A stretch of DNA of 23,793 nucleotides, from NCBI GenBank assembly GCA_046758505.1, contig JBHIAH010000038.1, positions 1 to 23,793 on the forward strand. The letters run 5' to 3'. Under the pieces are notes generated by a model. The model was given only the letters and a program-made list of their open reading frames with translations, did no database searches and was not told where the DNA came from. The translations under genes were made by a program, and so were the position numbers. Origin of the DNA: Candidatus Methylomirabilales bacterium. GTDB lineage: Bacteria; Methylomirabilota; Methylomirabilia; Methylomirabilales; CSP1-5. Each line of letters begins with the position of its first letter. The first letter of the stretch is position 1. Below, one piece after another: positions 10,402 through 18,858 of the stretch.

Positions 10402-11669
10402 TCACCCCCGGGAGCGCAGTGACGCCAAAGGTCCGCGCAGAGCGGGCAGCGGGTTTCGACGTCGGACGGGTGAGACAGGACTTCCCCATTCTGGGCGAGC
10501 AGGTCCGTGGAAAGCCGCTGATCTACTTCGACAACGCCGCCACCAGCCAGAAGCCGCGGGTGGTCATCGATGCGATCCAGCGGTTCCTTTCGACGAGCAA
10601 TGCGAACATTCATCGCGGGGTGCATCGGCTCAGTGAACGCGCCACCGAGGCCTACGAACACGGCCGGAAAAAGGTGCAACGGTTCATCAATGCGGCCGAG
10701 TCGCGCGAGATCATCTTTGTTCGCGGTACGACAGAGGCGATCAACCTGGTGGCGTCGAGTTACGGCCGCATGCGCATCGGGGCCGGCGATGAAATCGTCA
10801 TCTCCGCGATGGAACACCACTCCAACATTGTTCCGTGGCAGGTCCTCTGCGAACAGACGGGGGCGGTCCTGCGGGTAGCGCCAATCAGTGACGCCGGAGA
10901 GCTGATGCTCGATGCCTACGAGAAACTCCTCACCCCCCGGACCCGCCTGGTCTCGATTGTCCATGTGTCGAACGCCCTGGGGACCATCAACCCTGTGCGC
11001 GAGGTCATCCGCTTGGCACACCGGCAGGGGATCCCAGTGCTGGTCGATGGGGCGCAGGCGACGCCTCACTTGCAGGTGGACGTGCGCGATTTGGATTGCG
11101 AATTCTACGCCTTTTCCGGCCACAAGGTGTTCGGTCCCACGGGCATCGGGGTCCTCTACGGCAAGGCCGAATTGCTCGACGCGATGCCTCCCTACCAGGG
11201 CGGGGGGGACATGATCAAATCAGTCACCTTCGAGAAGACGCTCTACAACGACCTGCCGTTCAAATTCGAGGCCGGCACACCCCACATTGCCGGCGCCATC
11301 GGGCTGGGCGCGGCGATCGATTACGTGAGTGGCATTGGGCTCGAACACGTCGGGGCATACGAGCATGAGTTGCTGCTCCATGCGACCGAGGTGCTGTCGG
11401 CCATCCCGGGGGTGCGCATCGTCGGAACGGCGAAAGAAAAAGCAAGTGTCGTCTCGTTTGTGCTGGACGGCGTACACGCGCACGACGTCGGCACGATCCT
11501 CGATCACGAGGGGATCGCCATTCGAGCAGGCCACCACTGCACCATGCCGCTAATGCGGCGGTTTGGCGTGCCGGCCACCGCCCGGGCGTCGCTGGCCTTC
11601 TATAACACGAGAGAGGAAATCGACGCGCTCGGCGGGGCGATTCACAAGGCCGTTGAATTGTTCAGCTGA
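10398..11669 (+). CDS. sufS: cysteine desulfurase SufS (type II)
   Basis: Start moved to ATG 10398 (ATGA overlap with sufD, RBS GGAGG). Motifs [25 protein letters not shown] (PLP Lys), RAGHHC. Confidence 0.96.
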   Translation: MITPGSAVTPKVRAERAAGFDVGRVRQDFPILGEQVRGKPLIYFDNAATSQKPRVVIDAIQRFLSTSNANIHRGVHRLSERATEAYEHGRKKVQRFINAAESREIIFVRGTTEAINLVASSYGRMRIGAGDEIVISAMEHHSNIVPWQVLCEQTGAVLRVAPISDAGELMLDAYEKLLTPRTRLVSIVHVSNALGTINPVREVIRLAHRQGIPVLVDGAQATPHLQVDVRDLDCEFYAFSGHKVFGPTGIGVLYGKAELLDAMPPYQGGGDMIKSVTFEKTLYNDLPFKFEAGTPHIAGAIGLGAAIDYVSGIGLEHVGAYEHELLLHATEVLSAIPGVRIVGTAKEKASVVSFVLDGVHAHDVGTILDHEGIAIRAGHHCTMPLMRRFGVPATARASLAFYNTREEIDALGGAIHKAVELFS

Positions 11670-12121
11670 TGTCCGACCTTCGCGAACTCTACCAGCAGGT
11701 CATCCTCGATCACAGCAAAAAGCCACGCAACTTCCAGAAGCTGGAAGGCGCAAACCGAACGGCGGAGGGCCACAATCCCCTGTGCGGAGACCAAATCACG
11801 GTCTACGTTCGGTTAGCGGATGACCTGATTGAACGCATTGGCTTCCAAGGGTCGGGCTGCGCCATTTCCAAGGCCTCGGCCTCGATGATGACCGACAGCG
11901 TGAAGGGAAAAACCAAGGCCGAGGCGGAGCGCCTGTTTGAGCAATTCCACGAGTTGGTCACCGGCGAGAGAGACCGGGGCGGCGATCCCGATGATCTCGG
12001 GAAGCTTGCTGTCTTTTCGGGTGTGAGCGAGTTCCCCATTCGGGTCAAGTGTGCCACCCTGCCCTGGCACACCTTGCGGGCCGCGCTCGAGGGCAAGGGG
12101 GAAACCGTTTCGACGGAGTAG
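11669..12121 (+). CDS. sufU: SUF system sulfur-transfer/scaffold protein SufU
   Basis: LYQQVILDH, NPLCGD, GCAIS, RVKCA, with the SufU-type insertion; TGATG coupling to sufS. Confidence 0.93.
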   Translation: MSDLRELYQQVILDHSKKPRNFQKLEGANRTAEGHNPLCGDQITVYVRLADDLIERIGFQGSGCAISKASASMMTDSVKGKTKAEAERLFEQFHELVTGERDRGGDPDDLGKLAVFSGVSEFPIRVKCATLPWHTLRAALEGKGETVSTE

Positions 12122-12185
12122 GCGTCTGGGACGGGAGGAGAGACGAGGGGCGGCGAGCGTGCCGTCACGCGGTGAAGGAGGTCCG

Positions 12186-12512
12186 ATGGACATCACGTCT
12201 GCCAATACGCTGGCGATCGAGGCGCAAGTGATCGAGGCCCTCCGCACGTGCTATGATCCGGAGATCCCGGTGAACATTTACGAGCTCGGCCTGATATACG
12301 AGGTCAAGGTGGACCCGTCACGTGCGGTCGAAATCCGGATGACACTCACCTCGCCCAACTGTCCTGCGGCGGGGACACTGCCCGGCGAAGTCCGAGACAA
12401 GGTGAAGACGATTCCGGGTGTGACAGACGCCACGGTCGAGGTCGTCTTCGATCCTCCTTGGGACCCGTCCCGGATGTCCGAAGCGGCGAAACTGGAATTG
12501 GGCCTCTGGTGA
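12186..12512 (+). CDS. sufT: DUF59 / FeS_assembly_P protein (SufT/PaaD-like)
   Basis: ATG 12186 with RBS GAAGGAG; YDPEIPVNIYELGLIY, TLTSPNCP, FDPPW motifs. Confidence 0.9.
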   Translation: MDITSANTLAIEAQVIEALRTCYDPEIPVNIYELGLIYEVKVDPSRAVEIRMTLTSPNCPAAGTLPGEVRDKVKTIPGVTDATVEVVFDPPWDPSRMSEAAKLELGLW

Positions 12513-12594
12513 GACCGGGGGTTCGGCGTCGGATCGTGACGTCGGCTCTTTCCAAGAGGATGGGTCGGCACCATTGTGCCGCGCACAGGGAGGG

Positions 12595-12852
12595 ATGGAC
12601 ATCGGAGATTGTGTGGAACGGAACATCGGGGGCCTGACGGTCCGGATCGATCGTACCCTCTGCATCGGCACGGCGAACTGCATGAAGGTGGCGCCGGAGG
12701 TCTTTGCGTTCGATATCGAGAACATCTGTGCGTTCACGGGGGAGTCGGGAGAGATCGAGCGGGGACGGTTGATCGACGCCTGCACGGTCTGTCCGGTGGA
12801 TGCCCTAATCGTTATCGACGAGAGCGGTACGCAGCTTGTCCCCGAGACGTGA
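12595..12852 (+). CDS. monocluster ferredoxin, probably [3Fe-4S]
   Basis: ATG 12595 with RBS GGGAGGG; IDRTLCIGTANC...APEVF...ACTVCPVDAL (second Cys of CxxCxxC replaced by Thr). Confidence 0.85.
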   Translation: MDIGDCVERNIGGLTVRIDRTLCIGTANCMKVAPEVFAFDIENICAFTGESGEIERGRLIDACTVCPVDALIVIDESGTQLVPET

Positions 12853-13072
12853 GGTGGACATCCGGCAACATCGCAGGCCCGTGCGGCATCCGTGGCTCCT
12901 TCGACCGGGCCCGGGTAATTCCTGTCAATGGGGCGCCGGGTGCCGGCGGCCTCGGGCGATACCCGCGCGGGAGTCCGAACCGTATTCTGTACCCAGCCAT
13001 ATCGAAACGACCCGCCCAAAGTCCTCCGTCCCAGGGACGACGCTTGTCTCGAGACTTCCCGTAGCCGCGCGC

Positions 13073-13219
13073 ATGGCCAAATTCTCCGTCACCGTGAAGG
13101 GGCAGGTCTGCCCGGCGCCGCGCTCACCGGCCACCATCAACGGGGGGAAAGAAGGAGGTGTCGAGGAGGGAGAGAGGTTTGGGGCAAGGCTGAAAGTCGG
13201 AAAGGTGGGCGAGGCCTGA
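13073..13219 (+). pseudogene. possible TusA/SirA-like sulfur-carrier gene remnant
   Basis: MAKFSVTVKGQVCPAP resembles the TusA N-terminal G-x-x-CPxP motif, then diverges; only 48 aa and no clear RBS. Confidence 0.3.
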
Positions 13220-13223
13220 GGGC

Positions 13224-13613
13224 ATGGACGACTTTTATCGGGAATTCATCCTTGATCATTACAAGAAGCCCCGGAACTTCGGGACGTTGGAAGATCCTGA
13301 TGTCACCAATGAGGAGGACAACCCGCTCTGCGGGGATCGAATACGAATCGACCTCAAGGTCCGTGACGATTGCGTTGCGGAAGTCCGCTTCACAGGGCAG
13401 GGCTGTGCTATCAGCCAGGCGGCCGCATCCATCTTGACCGAGCGGATTAAGGGGGCACCCCTGGACCGGGTCAGGACCTTCAGCAAAGAAGAGATGCTCG
13501 AGGCGTTAGGGGTTCCGCTCAGCCCTATTCGACTGAAGTGTGGGCTGCTGGCCCTGAAGGTGCTCAAAACCGGCCTGTATGGGATAAAGCGCTGGCCGGG
13601 AGAAGAGGGGTAG
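13224..13613 (+). CDS. second U-type (SufU/IscU/NifU-N) Fe-S scaffold protein
   Basis: YREFILDHY, NPLCGD, GCAISQA, RLKC; lacks the long insertion of the first SufU and has LSPIR instead of LPPVK. Confidence 0.9.
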   Translation: MDDFYREFILDHYKKPRNFGTLEDPDVTNEEDNPLCGDRIRIDLKVRDDCVAEVRFTGQGCAISQAAASILTERIKGAPLDRVRTFSKEEMLEALGVPLSPIRLKCGLLALKVLKTGLYGIKRWPGEEG

Positions 13614-13631
13614 ATGGGGCCGGGTCGCGTC

Positions 13632-13660
13632 TTGATTTTCCGGGGGAGCGCCGGTACAAT
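13632..13660 (+). promoter_or_regulatory. sigma70-type promoter upstream of yihY
   Basis: TTGATT (13632-13637), 17-nt spacer, TACAAT (13655-13660). Confidence 0.55.
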
Positions 13661-13681
13661 GCCGGAGATCGGCGAGAGGGA

Positions 13682-14581
13682 ATGGCGAAGCCCAATCAGA
13701 TTACGACGCGGCGAGGCCCGTCCTTTTTTCGGGAGATCGTCCAGGCGTTTCGTGCCGACGACTGCACGCTCTTGGCCGCCGCCATCTCCTTTTATGCCCT
13801 CCTCTCCATCATCCCGCTCGTCTTTCTCGGCGTGGCCTTCGTCGGTTATATCATGGGGTCCTCGGCGGGGGCCGTGGACCGTGTTATCACGGTCATCCGG
13901 GAGCTCCTTCCGCTCCCGGTGGTCGATCGGGTAGAGGGTCTCCTCCACTCCGTCATCGCTACAAGAACCGTCGCCAGCATTCTTGCCCTCCTCTCTCTCC
14001 TCTGGGTGGCCAACGGCGCCTTTGAAACGGTGGAACGGGCGATCAATCTCATCCACCGGGTGCAGGAGACGCGCGGATACTTTCACCGAAAACTGGTCGG
14101 GTTTCTCATCATGGTGACCTCGGGGACGCTGCTGCTCCTCTCCTTCCTCATCTCTCCCCTCCTCCTGGCCGTCTGGTTCCTCACCACAGATTTCTTGCGT
14201 CACTTCCAGGTCTTCGATCCGTATATCGCGACGCTCAATGTCAAGCCCGCCGTCCTGTGGCACTATGTCGCGCTCCCCATCCCCTTCCTGCTCATGTGTG
14301 TGGTCTTCCTCCTCATCTATCTCGTGGCCCCGGCCCGGGCGGTCCCCTTCGGCTCTGCGATCCTGGGGGCGCTCATCGCCTCGCTCCTCTGGCAAATCGC
14401 GAAGGAGCTGTACAGCTACTATCTCCTGCACTATGCGCGGTACGATCAGCTCTACGGGCCGTTGGGAGCGGTGATCGGTCTGGTGTTGTGGATCTATTAC
14501 ACGGCCGTCATCCTGCTTGTCGGCGCGGAGGTGGCTGAGGTGCATGCCCGGAGGAAATCCCGGAGGTACGTGATGATATGA
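13682..14581 (+). CDS. YihY/virulence factor BrkB family membrane protein
   Basis: Start ATG 13682. AAAISFYALLSIIP and YDQLYGPLGAVIGLVLWIY...LLVGAE motifs; multiple TM segments. Confidence 0.9.
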   Translation: MAKPNQITTRRGPSFFREIVQAFRADDCTLLAAAISFYALLSIIPLVFLGVAFVGYIMGSSAGAVDRVITVIRELLPLPVVDRVEGLLHSVIATRTVASILALLSLLWVANGAFETVERAINLIHRVQETRGYFHRKLVGFLIMVTSGTLLLLSFLISPLLLAVWFLTTDFLRHFQVFDPYIATLNVKPAVLWHYVALPIPFLLMCVVFLLIYLVAPARAVPFGSAILGALIASLLWQIAKELYSYYLLHYARYDQLYGPLGAVIGLVLWIYYTAVILLVGAEVAEVHARRKSRRYVMI

Positions 14582-14783
14582 CCGGCCCTGACATCGGGGT
14601 CGCCTGAGTGCCGACGGGACCGCGATGTGCTCGGGTGGTGTCGGAGGAGGCAGACGGACGTGCCGGGCCCCGGAGACCTGCAGCAGGCAAGGGGATGGCG
14701 GGGGTCATCCCGATACCCCAGGCAGTGAATCCTGACGGAGGTCTCTACTCCGCCTGCAGCCCAAATGCGGTCTAACCTCGGTG

Positions 14784-14823
14784 AAAGGAAAGGCCGTCGC
14801 ACCCGACGCGGGGCGGACGGCCT
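14784..14823 (-). terminator. probable intrinsic terminator downstream of the selenoprotein gene
   Basis: Minus strand AGGCCGTC...CCCG-CGT-CGGG...GACGGCCT hairpin followed by TTCCTTT. Confidence 0.55.
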
Positions 14824-14832
14824 GAATGCGAT

Positions 14833-14848
14833 GGCCAGGACCCTGGCC
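14833..14848 (-). promoter_or_regulatory. SECIS-like hairpin for the C-terminal UGA
   Basis: Minus strand TGA-GAGATCTAA-GGCCAG-GGTC-CTGGCC: 6-bp stem with a G-initiated loop starting 16 nt after the UGA. Confidence 0.65.
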
Positions 14849-15073
14849 TTAGATCTCTCACGTTCCCCCGAAGCCGATGGTGACCGTGCCGTCTTCGACG
14901 ATGACCGGTACCTCGCGTACCCCCTGTGATGCCGCAAGCATCTCCTCAAGGGATTTCTTGTCCTGCTTCACGTCGATATAATGGACCGCGATGTTCCGTT
15001 TGGCGTAGTCCTCCCGGGCCGCCGAGGTAAAGGGTCAGCCGTCCTTGCCATAGATCATGACCTTCGGTGCCAT
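14849..15073 (-). CDS. glutaredoxin-like selenoprotein with two Sec residues (UXX-star-type), 74 aa
   Basis: RBS GGGAGGT then ATG 15073. Reading through UGA at 15035-15037 and 14858-14860 gives MAPKVMIYGKDG-U-PFTSAAREDYAKRNIAVHYIDVKQDKKSLEEMLAASQGVREVPVIVEDGTVTIGFGGT-U-EI-TAA, with Grx hallmarks (IY...UPFT, YIDV, VPVI, IGF). Confidence 0.88.
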
Positions 15074-15107
15074 CGCTGACCTCCCGTGATGGATTATGTG
15101 GCTTTCT

Positions 15108-15135
15108 ATCCTACACCAATTCTCCCTCGATGCAA
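15108..15135 (-). promoter_or_regulatory. possible sigma70-type promoter of the selenoprotein gene
   Basis: Minus strand TTGCAT, 16-nt spacer, TAGGAT. Confidence 0.35.
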
Positions 15136-15248
15136 CCCCGAATGGCCGGCGAGGCGTGCCGCCGCAACGGGGGTCTCTCGGACAGGGAGGCGTGGTGTAG
15201 ACTACGATCAACGGAGGAACCGCGGGCCTGGGCGGGTGAACTCGCGGG

Positions 15249-16280
15249 TTAGATCGTAAGGACGACCTTCCCAAACTGTCGCCGCTCCTCGAGAATGCGG
15301 TGGGCCTCTCCAGCTTCCGACAGGGGAAGGACCTGGTCCACGACCGGTTTGAGCTTCCCGGCCTCCACCAGGGGCAGGATGGCCGTCATATCCCCCTTGC
15401 TTCCCATGTAGGCCCCCTGGATCCGGAGCTGCCGCATGAAGAGGTACCGGATGTCGGTTTCGGCTATCGGGCCGCTCGTGGCCCCGCAAGTGACCAGCGA
15501 TCCGCCGGGAGCCAGGATGGGGATGAGGTCTTTCCAGGTCTCGCCCCCCACATGCTCGAAGATCGTGTTAACGCCGTGCCGCTTGGTGAGATGCTTGACC
15601 TCTTGAGCAACGGCCTGCCTGTGGTAATTGATGCCGTGGTCTGCCCCGAGGGCCTGGGCCCTGGCCAGCTTTTCGTCGGTGCCAGCGGCGGCGATCACGG
15701 TCGCGCCGAACAGCTTCGCAATCTGGAGGGCCGCAACGCCCACCCCACTTCCGGCGCCCATGACCAACACCGTGTGCCCGGGCCGGACGTCCGCCAGCGT
15801 CACGAGCATATTCCAGGCGGTGAGGAAGGTGAGCGGGAGAGCCGCGGCCTGGGTAAAGTCCAGGCCTGCGGGGAGAGGAAGGACGTTGACTTCCGGGACC
15901 GCGATCAATTCGGCGTAGCCGCCGTCGAGACCGTAGCCGCCGAAGATCTGGTAGTTCGCGCAGAGGTTGTCGCGGCCCTCGAGGCACCGGATGCACTGCC
16001 CGCAGCTTTTCCCGGGGGAGATCGCTACCTTGTCCCCGACGTGGACCCGCTTACACAACGCGCCGACCGCTGCGACTTCACCAGCGATATCGCAGCCGGG
16101 GATGTGAGGGAGGGGGACCTTCACGCCGGGCAGCCCCTGGCGGAGCCAGACGTCTAGGTGGTTTAAGGCGCAGGCCTTCACCCGCACCAAGACCTGGTCC
16201 GGGGCCATCTGGGGATCCGGAATCTCCTCCAGTTTGAGGACCTCGGGTCCTCCATGCGTGTGGATGCGGACCGCTTTCAT
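15249..16280 (-). CDS. zinc-binding alcohol dehydrogenase / quinone oxidoreductase (MDR superfamily)
   Basis: Start moved to MKAV at 16280. ACALNHLD, PHIPGCD, structural Zn CGQCIRC...NLC, GAGSGVG, FGKVVL. Confidence 0.92.
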   Translation of the reverse strand: MKAVRIHTHGGPEVLKLEEIPDPQMAPDQVLVRVKACALNHLDVWLRQGLPGVKVPLPHIPGCDIAGEVAAVGALCKRVHVGDKVAISPGKSCGQCIRCLEGRDNLCANYQIFGGYGLDGGYAELIAVPEVNVLPLPAGLDFTQAAALPLTFLTAWNMLVTLADVRPGHTVLVMGAGSGVGVAALQIAKLFGATVIAAAGTDEKLARAQALGADHGINYHRQAVAQEVKHLTKRHGVNTIFEHVGGETWKDLIPILAPGGSLVTCGATSGPIAETDIRYLFMRQLRIQGAYMGSKGDMTAILPLVEAGKLKPVVDQVLPLSEAGEAHRILEERRQFGKVVLTI

Positions 16281-16291
16281 GCATGATCTCC

Positions 16292-16550
16292 GATGACCGA
16301 CAATCAATCGCCGCAGCAGTCAGCTGTCCGCAGTCAGCAATGATAAATCGATGAGGATCGTTCCCAATCGTCGGCCATGAACTGCGAACCATAAACCAAG
16401 AATAGATGACGGACGACCGATCACTGAAGCTATCAGCAGTCAGCGATCAGATGTCATCAGATATCAATCGGAGACTGCTCTTCCCGCTCGATCGAGAATC
16501 GGTCCTCCGTTTCCAATTGCCGATGGCTGACAGCCGATGGTTGATGGCTG
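16292..16550. repeat. degenerate 7-nt periodic repeat tract with inverted arms
   Basis: CAGCAGT-CAGCTGT-CCGCAGT-CAGCAAT (16314-16341); CCATGAA-CTGCGAA-CCATAAA-CCAAGAA (16375-16402); GATGACG-GACGACC-GATCACT (16405-16425); AAGCTAT-CAGCAGT-CAGCGAT-CAGATGT (16427-16454); inverse-type GCCGATG-GCTGACA-GCCGATG-GTTGATG-GCTG (16519-16550). Confidence 0.7.
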
Positions 16551-16553
16551 CCG

Positions 16554-16901
16554 TTAGTAGATTTCGGCGCCCGCCCGTAGGGGGACGATGCGATCATACG
16601 CCGCCTTGAGGTGCTTGAGATGTTTGTACTCCGCCTCGATCTCCTCATGGCGGAGAGGCCTCTCCCGCCAGAGCGCGACGATCTTGAGGGCTATGGGCCG
16701 CGCTTCGATGATAATCCGGAGTCGCTCCCGGCTCTCCTGCGAGAGGTTCAGCTGTTCCAGAAAGGCGATCAACCCCGCATCATCCCCCTTCTCGACGAAT
16801 GTCTCCACCTGCTGAAGCTGCGGCCCGGAGAGCCCTTCGGGGAGAAGCTTCTCCAGCTCCTGCAGCCGGTATGGGGTGTACAGCAGCTCTTTGCTCTCCA
16901 C
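16554..16901 (-). CDS. hypothetical helical protein (115 aa)
   Basis: GTG start 16 nt downstream of the rtcB stop, RBS AAGGGG; amphipathic Leu/Glu-rich sequence; no recognised motif. Confidence 0.75.
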   Translation of the reverse strand: MESKELLYTPYRLQELEKLLPEGLSGPQLQQVETFVEKGDDAGLIAFLEQLNLSQESRERLRIIIEARPIALKIVALWRERPLRHEEIEAEYKHLKHLKAAYDRIVPLRAGAEIY

Positions 16902-16917
16902 AGGTGCCCCCTTGTCC

Positions 16918-18363
16918 TTACCCCTTGATATTGCCGATCGGCTGCAGGCGGACCACTTTTCGTGAGATCCTTAGCGTGTCCACGGCGTCTACGACGGCGG
17001 AAATATCCTTGTAGGCCATTCCAGCCTCCTCAGCCACCCCCGCGAAGGAGGCGGCCCGGACGTAGATCCCCTTCTGTTCCATTCGTTGTAGTAAATCTCG
17101 GCCATGGACCTTTTTCTTCGCGGCGGCTCGCGACATGGTCCGGCCGGAGCCGTGGGCGGTAGAGCCAAAGCTCTCCTCCATGGCCCTGGCCGTCCCGATG
17201 AGAAGGTACGAGCCCGTCTCCATGGATCCCCCGATGATCACCGGCTGGCCGATGGGTCGGTACCGCTCTGCCAGCTCGGCGTGCCCCGGGGGAAAAGACC
17301 GGGTGGCCCCCTTCCGATGGATGAGCAACTCCTTCTCTTCCCCATCCACCCGGTACCGCTCGATCTTGGCGATATTGTGGCACACGTCGTAGATCATCCC
17401 GAGGCCCAGGTCGTGGGGATCCCGTTTGAAGACATTGCTAAAGACCTCTCGGATGCGATGGGTGATCACCTGGCGATTGGCAAAAGCGGAGTTGGCCGCG
17501 CATACCATCGCCTGAAAGTAATCCTGGCCCTCGCGAGAGGCAAAGGGCGCACACGCCAGTTCCCGATCCCGAACGGCGATGCCGTACCGGCTCATCGCGC
17601 GGCCAAAGATCTCCAGGTAGTCAGTCCCGACCTGATGGCCAAAGCCTCGGGAGCCACAGTGAAACATCACCACCACCTGAAAATCGCGGTCAATGCCCAG
17701 GGCCTTGGCGACGTCCGGATCGTAGATGTTGCCGGGATAGACCACCTGAATCTCCAGGTAATGGTTCCCGGATCCAAGCGTCCCGAGCTGATGGATCCCC
17801 CGGCTGGTGGCCTTTGCGCTGACCTTGGCAGGATCGGCTCCGGGGATCCGACCGGCGTTCTCAATCCGTTCTGCATCCTCCGGCCAGCCGTACCCGCGCC
17901 GGATAACCCCCTGGGCCCCTTGCACCATCACTTCTCGAAATTCATCTTCGGTGAGCCGCCAGAATCCCTTGGTGCCTACGCCGCAGGGGACCGCCTGGAA
18001 CAGCCGGTCCACCAGCTCACGGAGCCTCGGCTTGACTTCCGCCTCGGTCAGGTTCGTCCGGATCAGACGCATCCCACAGTTAATGTCAAAGCCGATTCCG
18101 CCCGGCGAGATGACTCCCGTTTTCGTATCCATGGCGGCCACCCCCCCAATCGGGAACCCGTACCCCCAGTGGCCGTCGGGCATGCAGAGGGCGTACTTCT
18201 GGATGCCCGGCAGGCAGGCGACGTTCGTCACCTGCTCGAAGACCCCCTGATCCATCTCCTTGAAGAGCTCGTCCGAGGCGTAGATGCGCGCCGGGACCCG
18301 CATGCCCTCCTTGGCGGTGCGGGGAACCTCCCAGATGCCTTCGGCAATCTTTTTGGCTTCCAT
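16918..18363 (-). CDS. rtcB: RNA-splicing/repair ligase RtcB (archaeal/eukaryotic-like subtype)
   Basis: Motifs MPDGHWGYGFPIGGV, GFDINCG, GTLGSGNH, HCGSRG, YDVCHN, HRKGAT, HGSGR, C-terminal IKG. Confidence 0.96.
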   Translation of the reverse strand: MEAKKIAEGIWEVPRTAKEGMRVPARIYASDELFKEMDQGVFEQVTNVACLPGIQKYALCMPDGHWGYGFPIGGVAAMDTKTGVISPGGIGFDINCGMRLIRTNLTEAEVKPRLRELVDRLFQAVPCGVGTKGFWRLTEDEFREVMVQGAQGVIRRGYGWPEDAERIENAGRIPGADPAKVSAKATSRGIHQLGTLGSGNHYLEIQVVYPGNIYDPDVAKALGIDRDFQVVVMFHCGSRGFGHQVGTDYLEIFGRAMSRYGIAVRDRELACAPFASREGQDYFQAMVCAANSAFANRQVITHRIREVFSNVFKRDPHDLGLGMIYDVCHNIAKIERYRVDGEEKELLIHRKGATRSFPPGHAELAERYRPIGQPVIIGGSMETGSYLLIGTARAMEESFGSTAHGSGRTMSRAAAKKKVHGRDLLQRMEQKGIYVRAASFAGVAEEAGMAYKDISAVVDAVDTLRISRKVVRLQPIGNIKG

Positions 18364-18376
18364 GCTCCCTACCCCT

Positions 18377-18802
18377 TTAGATATCCAGGACGACCTGGGC
18401 TCGCCATCCGTCAGAGCTTTGCTCTATTGTAAACATGTGGTACGTAACCGCCTTGACGTCTACCTTGAGCGACATCTTCTCGTAATCGATCGGTTCCCCC
18501 CACGCAGTCGCCTGAAGCTCCCACTCCGCCCCTTGCCGAATGGCAATCTGGAAACGCCGAAAGAGGAGACATACCGAGTCCTTAAGGTAAATGAGCTCTG
18601 CGAGCCAGCGGAAGAGGAGGGTCTCCAGATCTCCGGCAGTGAGTGAGATCTCACGTGGCAGGGCAGGCGAAAGCCCATCCAGATCCACCATCACCTCGGT
18701 GAGGGCTAAGGCGGATGCCTCGAAGACGTCGGGGAGCGTCCGTCCCTCCGCCTCGAAGGCTACGTCGGCGATGGCGACCTCTTCGAGGAACCGATACGGC
18801 AT
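18377..18802 (-). CDS. archease (RtcB activator)
   Basis: Start moved to MPYRFLEE at 18802 (RBS GAGAGGA). AIADVAFEAEG, WLAELIY, DVKAVTYH and C-terminal VVLDI motifs. Confidence 0.93.
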   Translation of the reverse strand: MPYRFLEEVAIADVAFEAEGRTLPDVFEASALALTEVMVDLDGLSPALPREISLTAGDLETLLFRWLAELIYLKDSVCLLFRRFQIAIRQGAEWELQATAWGEPIDYEKMSLKVDVKAVTYHMFTIEQSSDGWRAQVVLDI

Positions 18803-18858
18803 GATCCTCTCCGGGCTTGGCCGCGAAGCCGGCTTTCGCCGCACCGCCCTCACTAGTT

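Noticed and set aside
14582..14783. GC-rich gap between convergent yihY and the selenoprotein gene as a possible ncRNA
   Set aside because: Only short scattered complementarities; no recognisable 6S, SRP or riboswitch motif.
15035..15274. 79-aa minus-strand ORF ending MAPKVMIYGKDG
   Set aside because: Only its last 12 codons are real; they are the N-terminus of the selenoprotein, and the apparent stop is the Sec codon.
17104..18432. Long antisense ORFs (442 aa here; also 13259-14545, 9388-10362, 15300-16157, 7248-8066, 20900-21985)
   Set aside because: Shadow frames opposite well-supported genes, expected in high-GC DNA, with no protein motifs.
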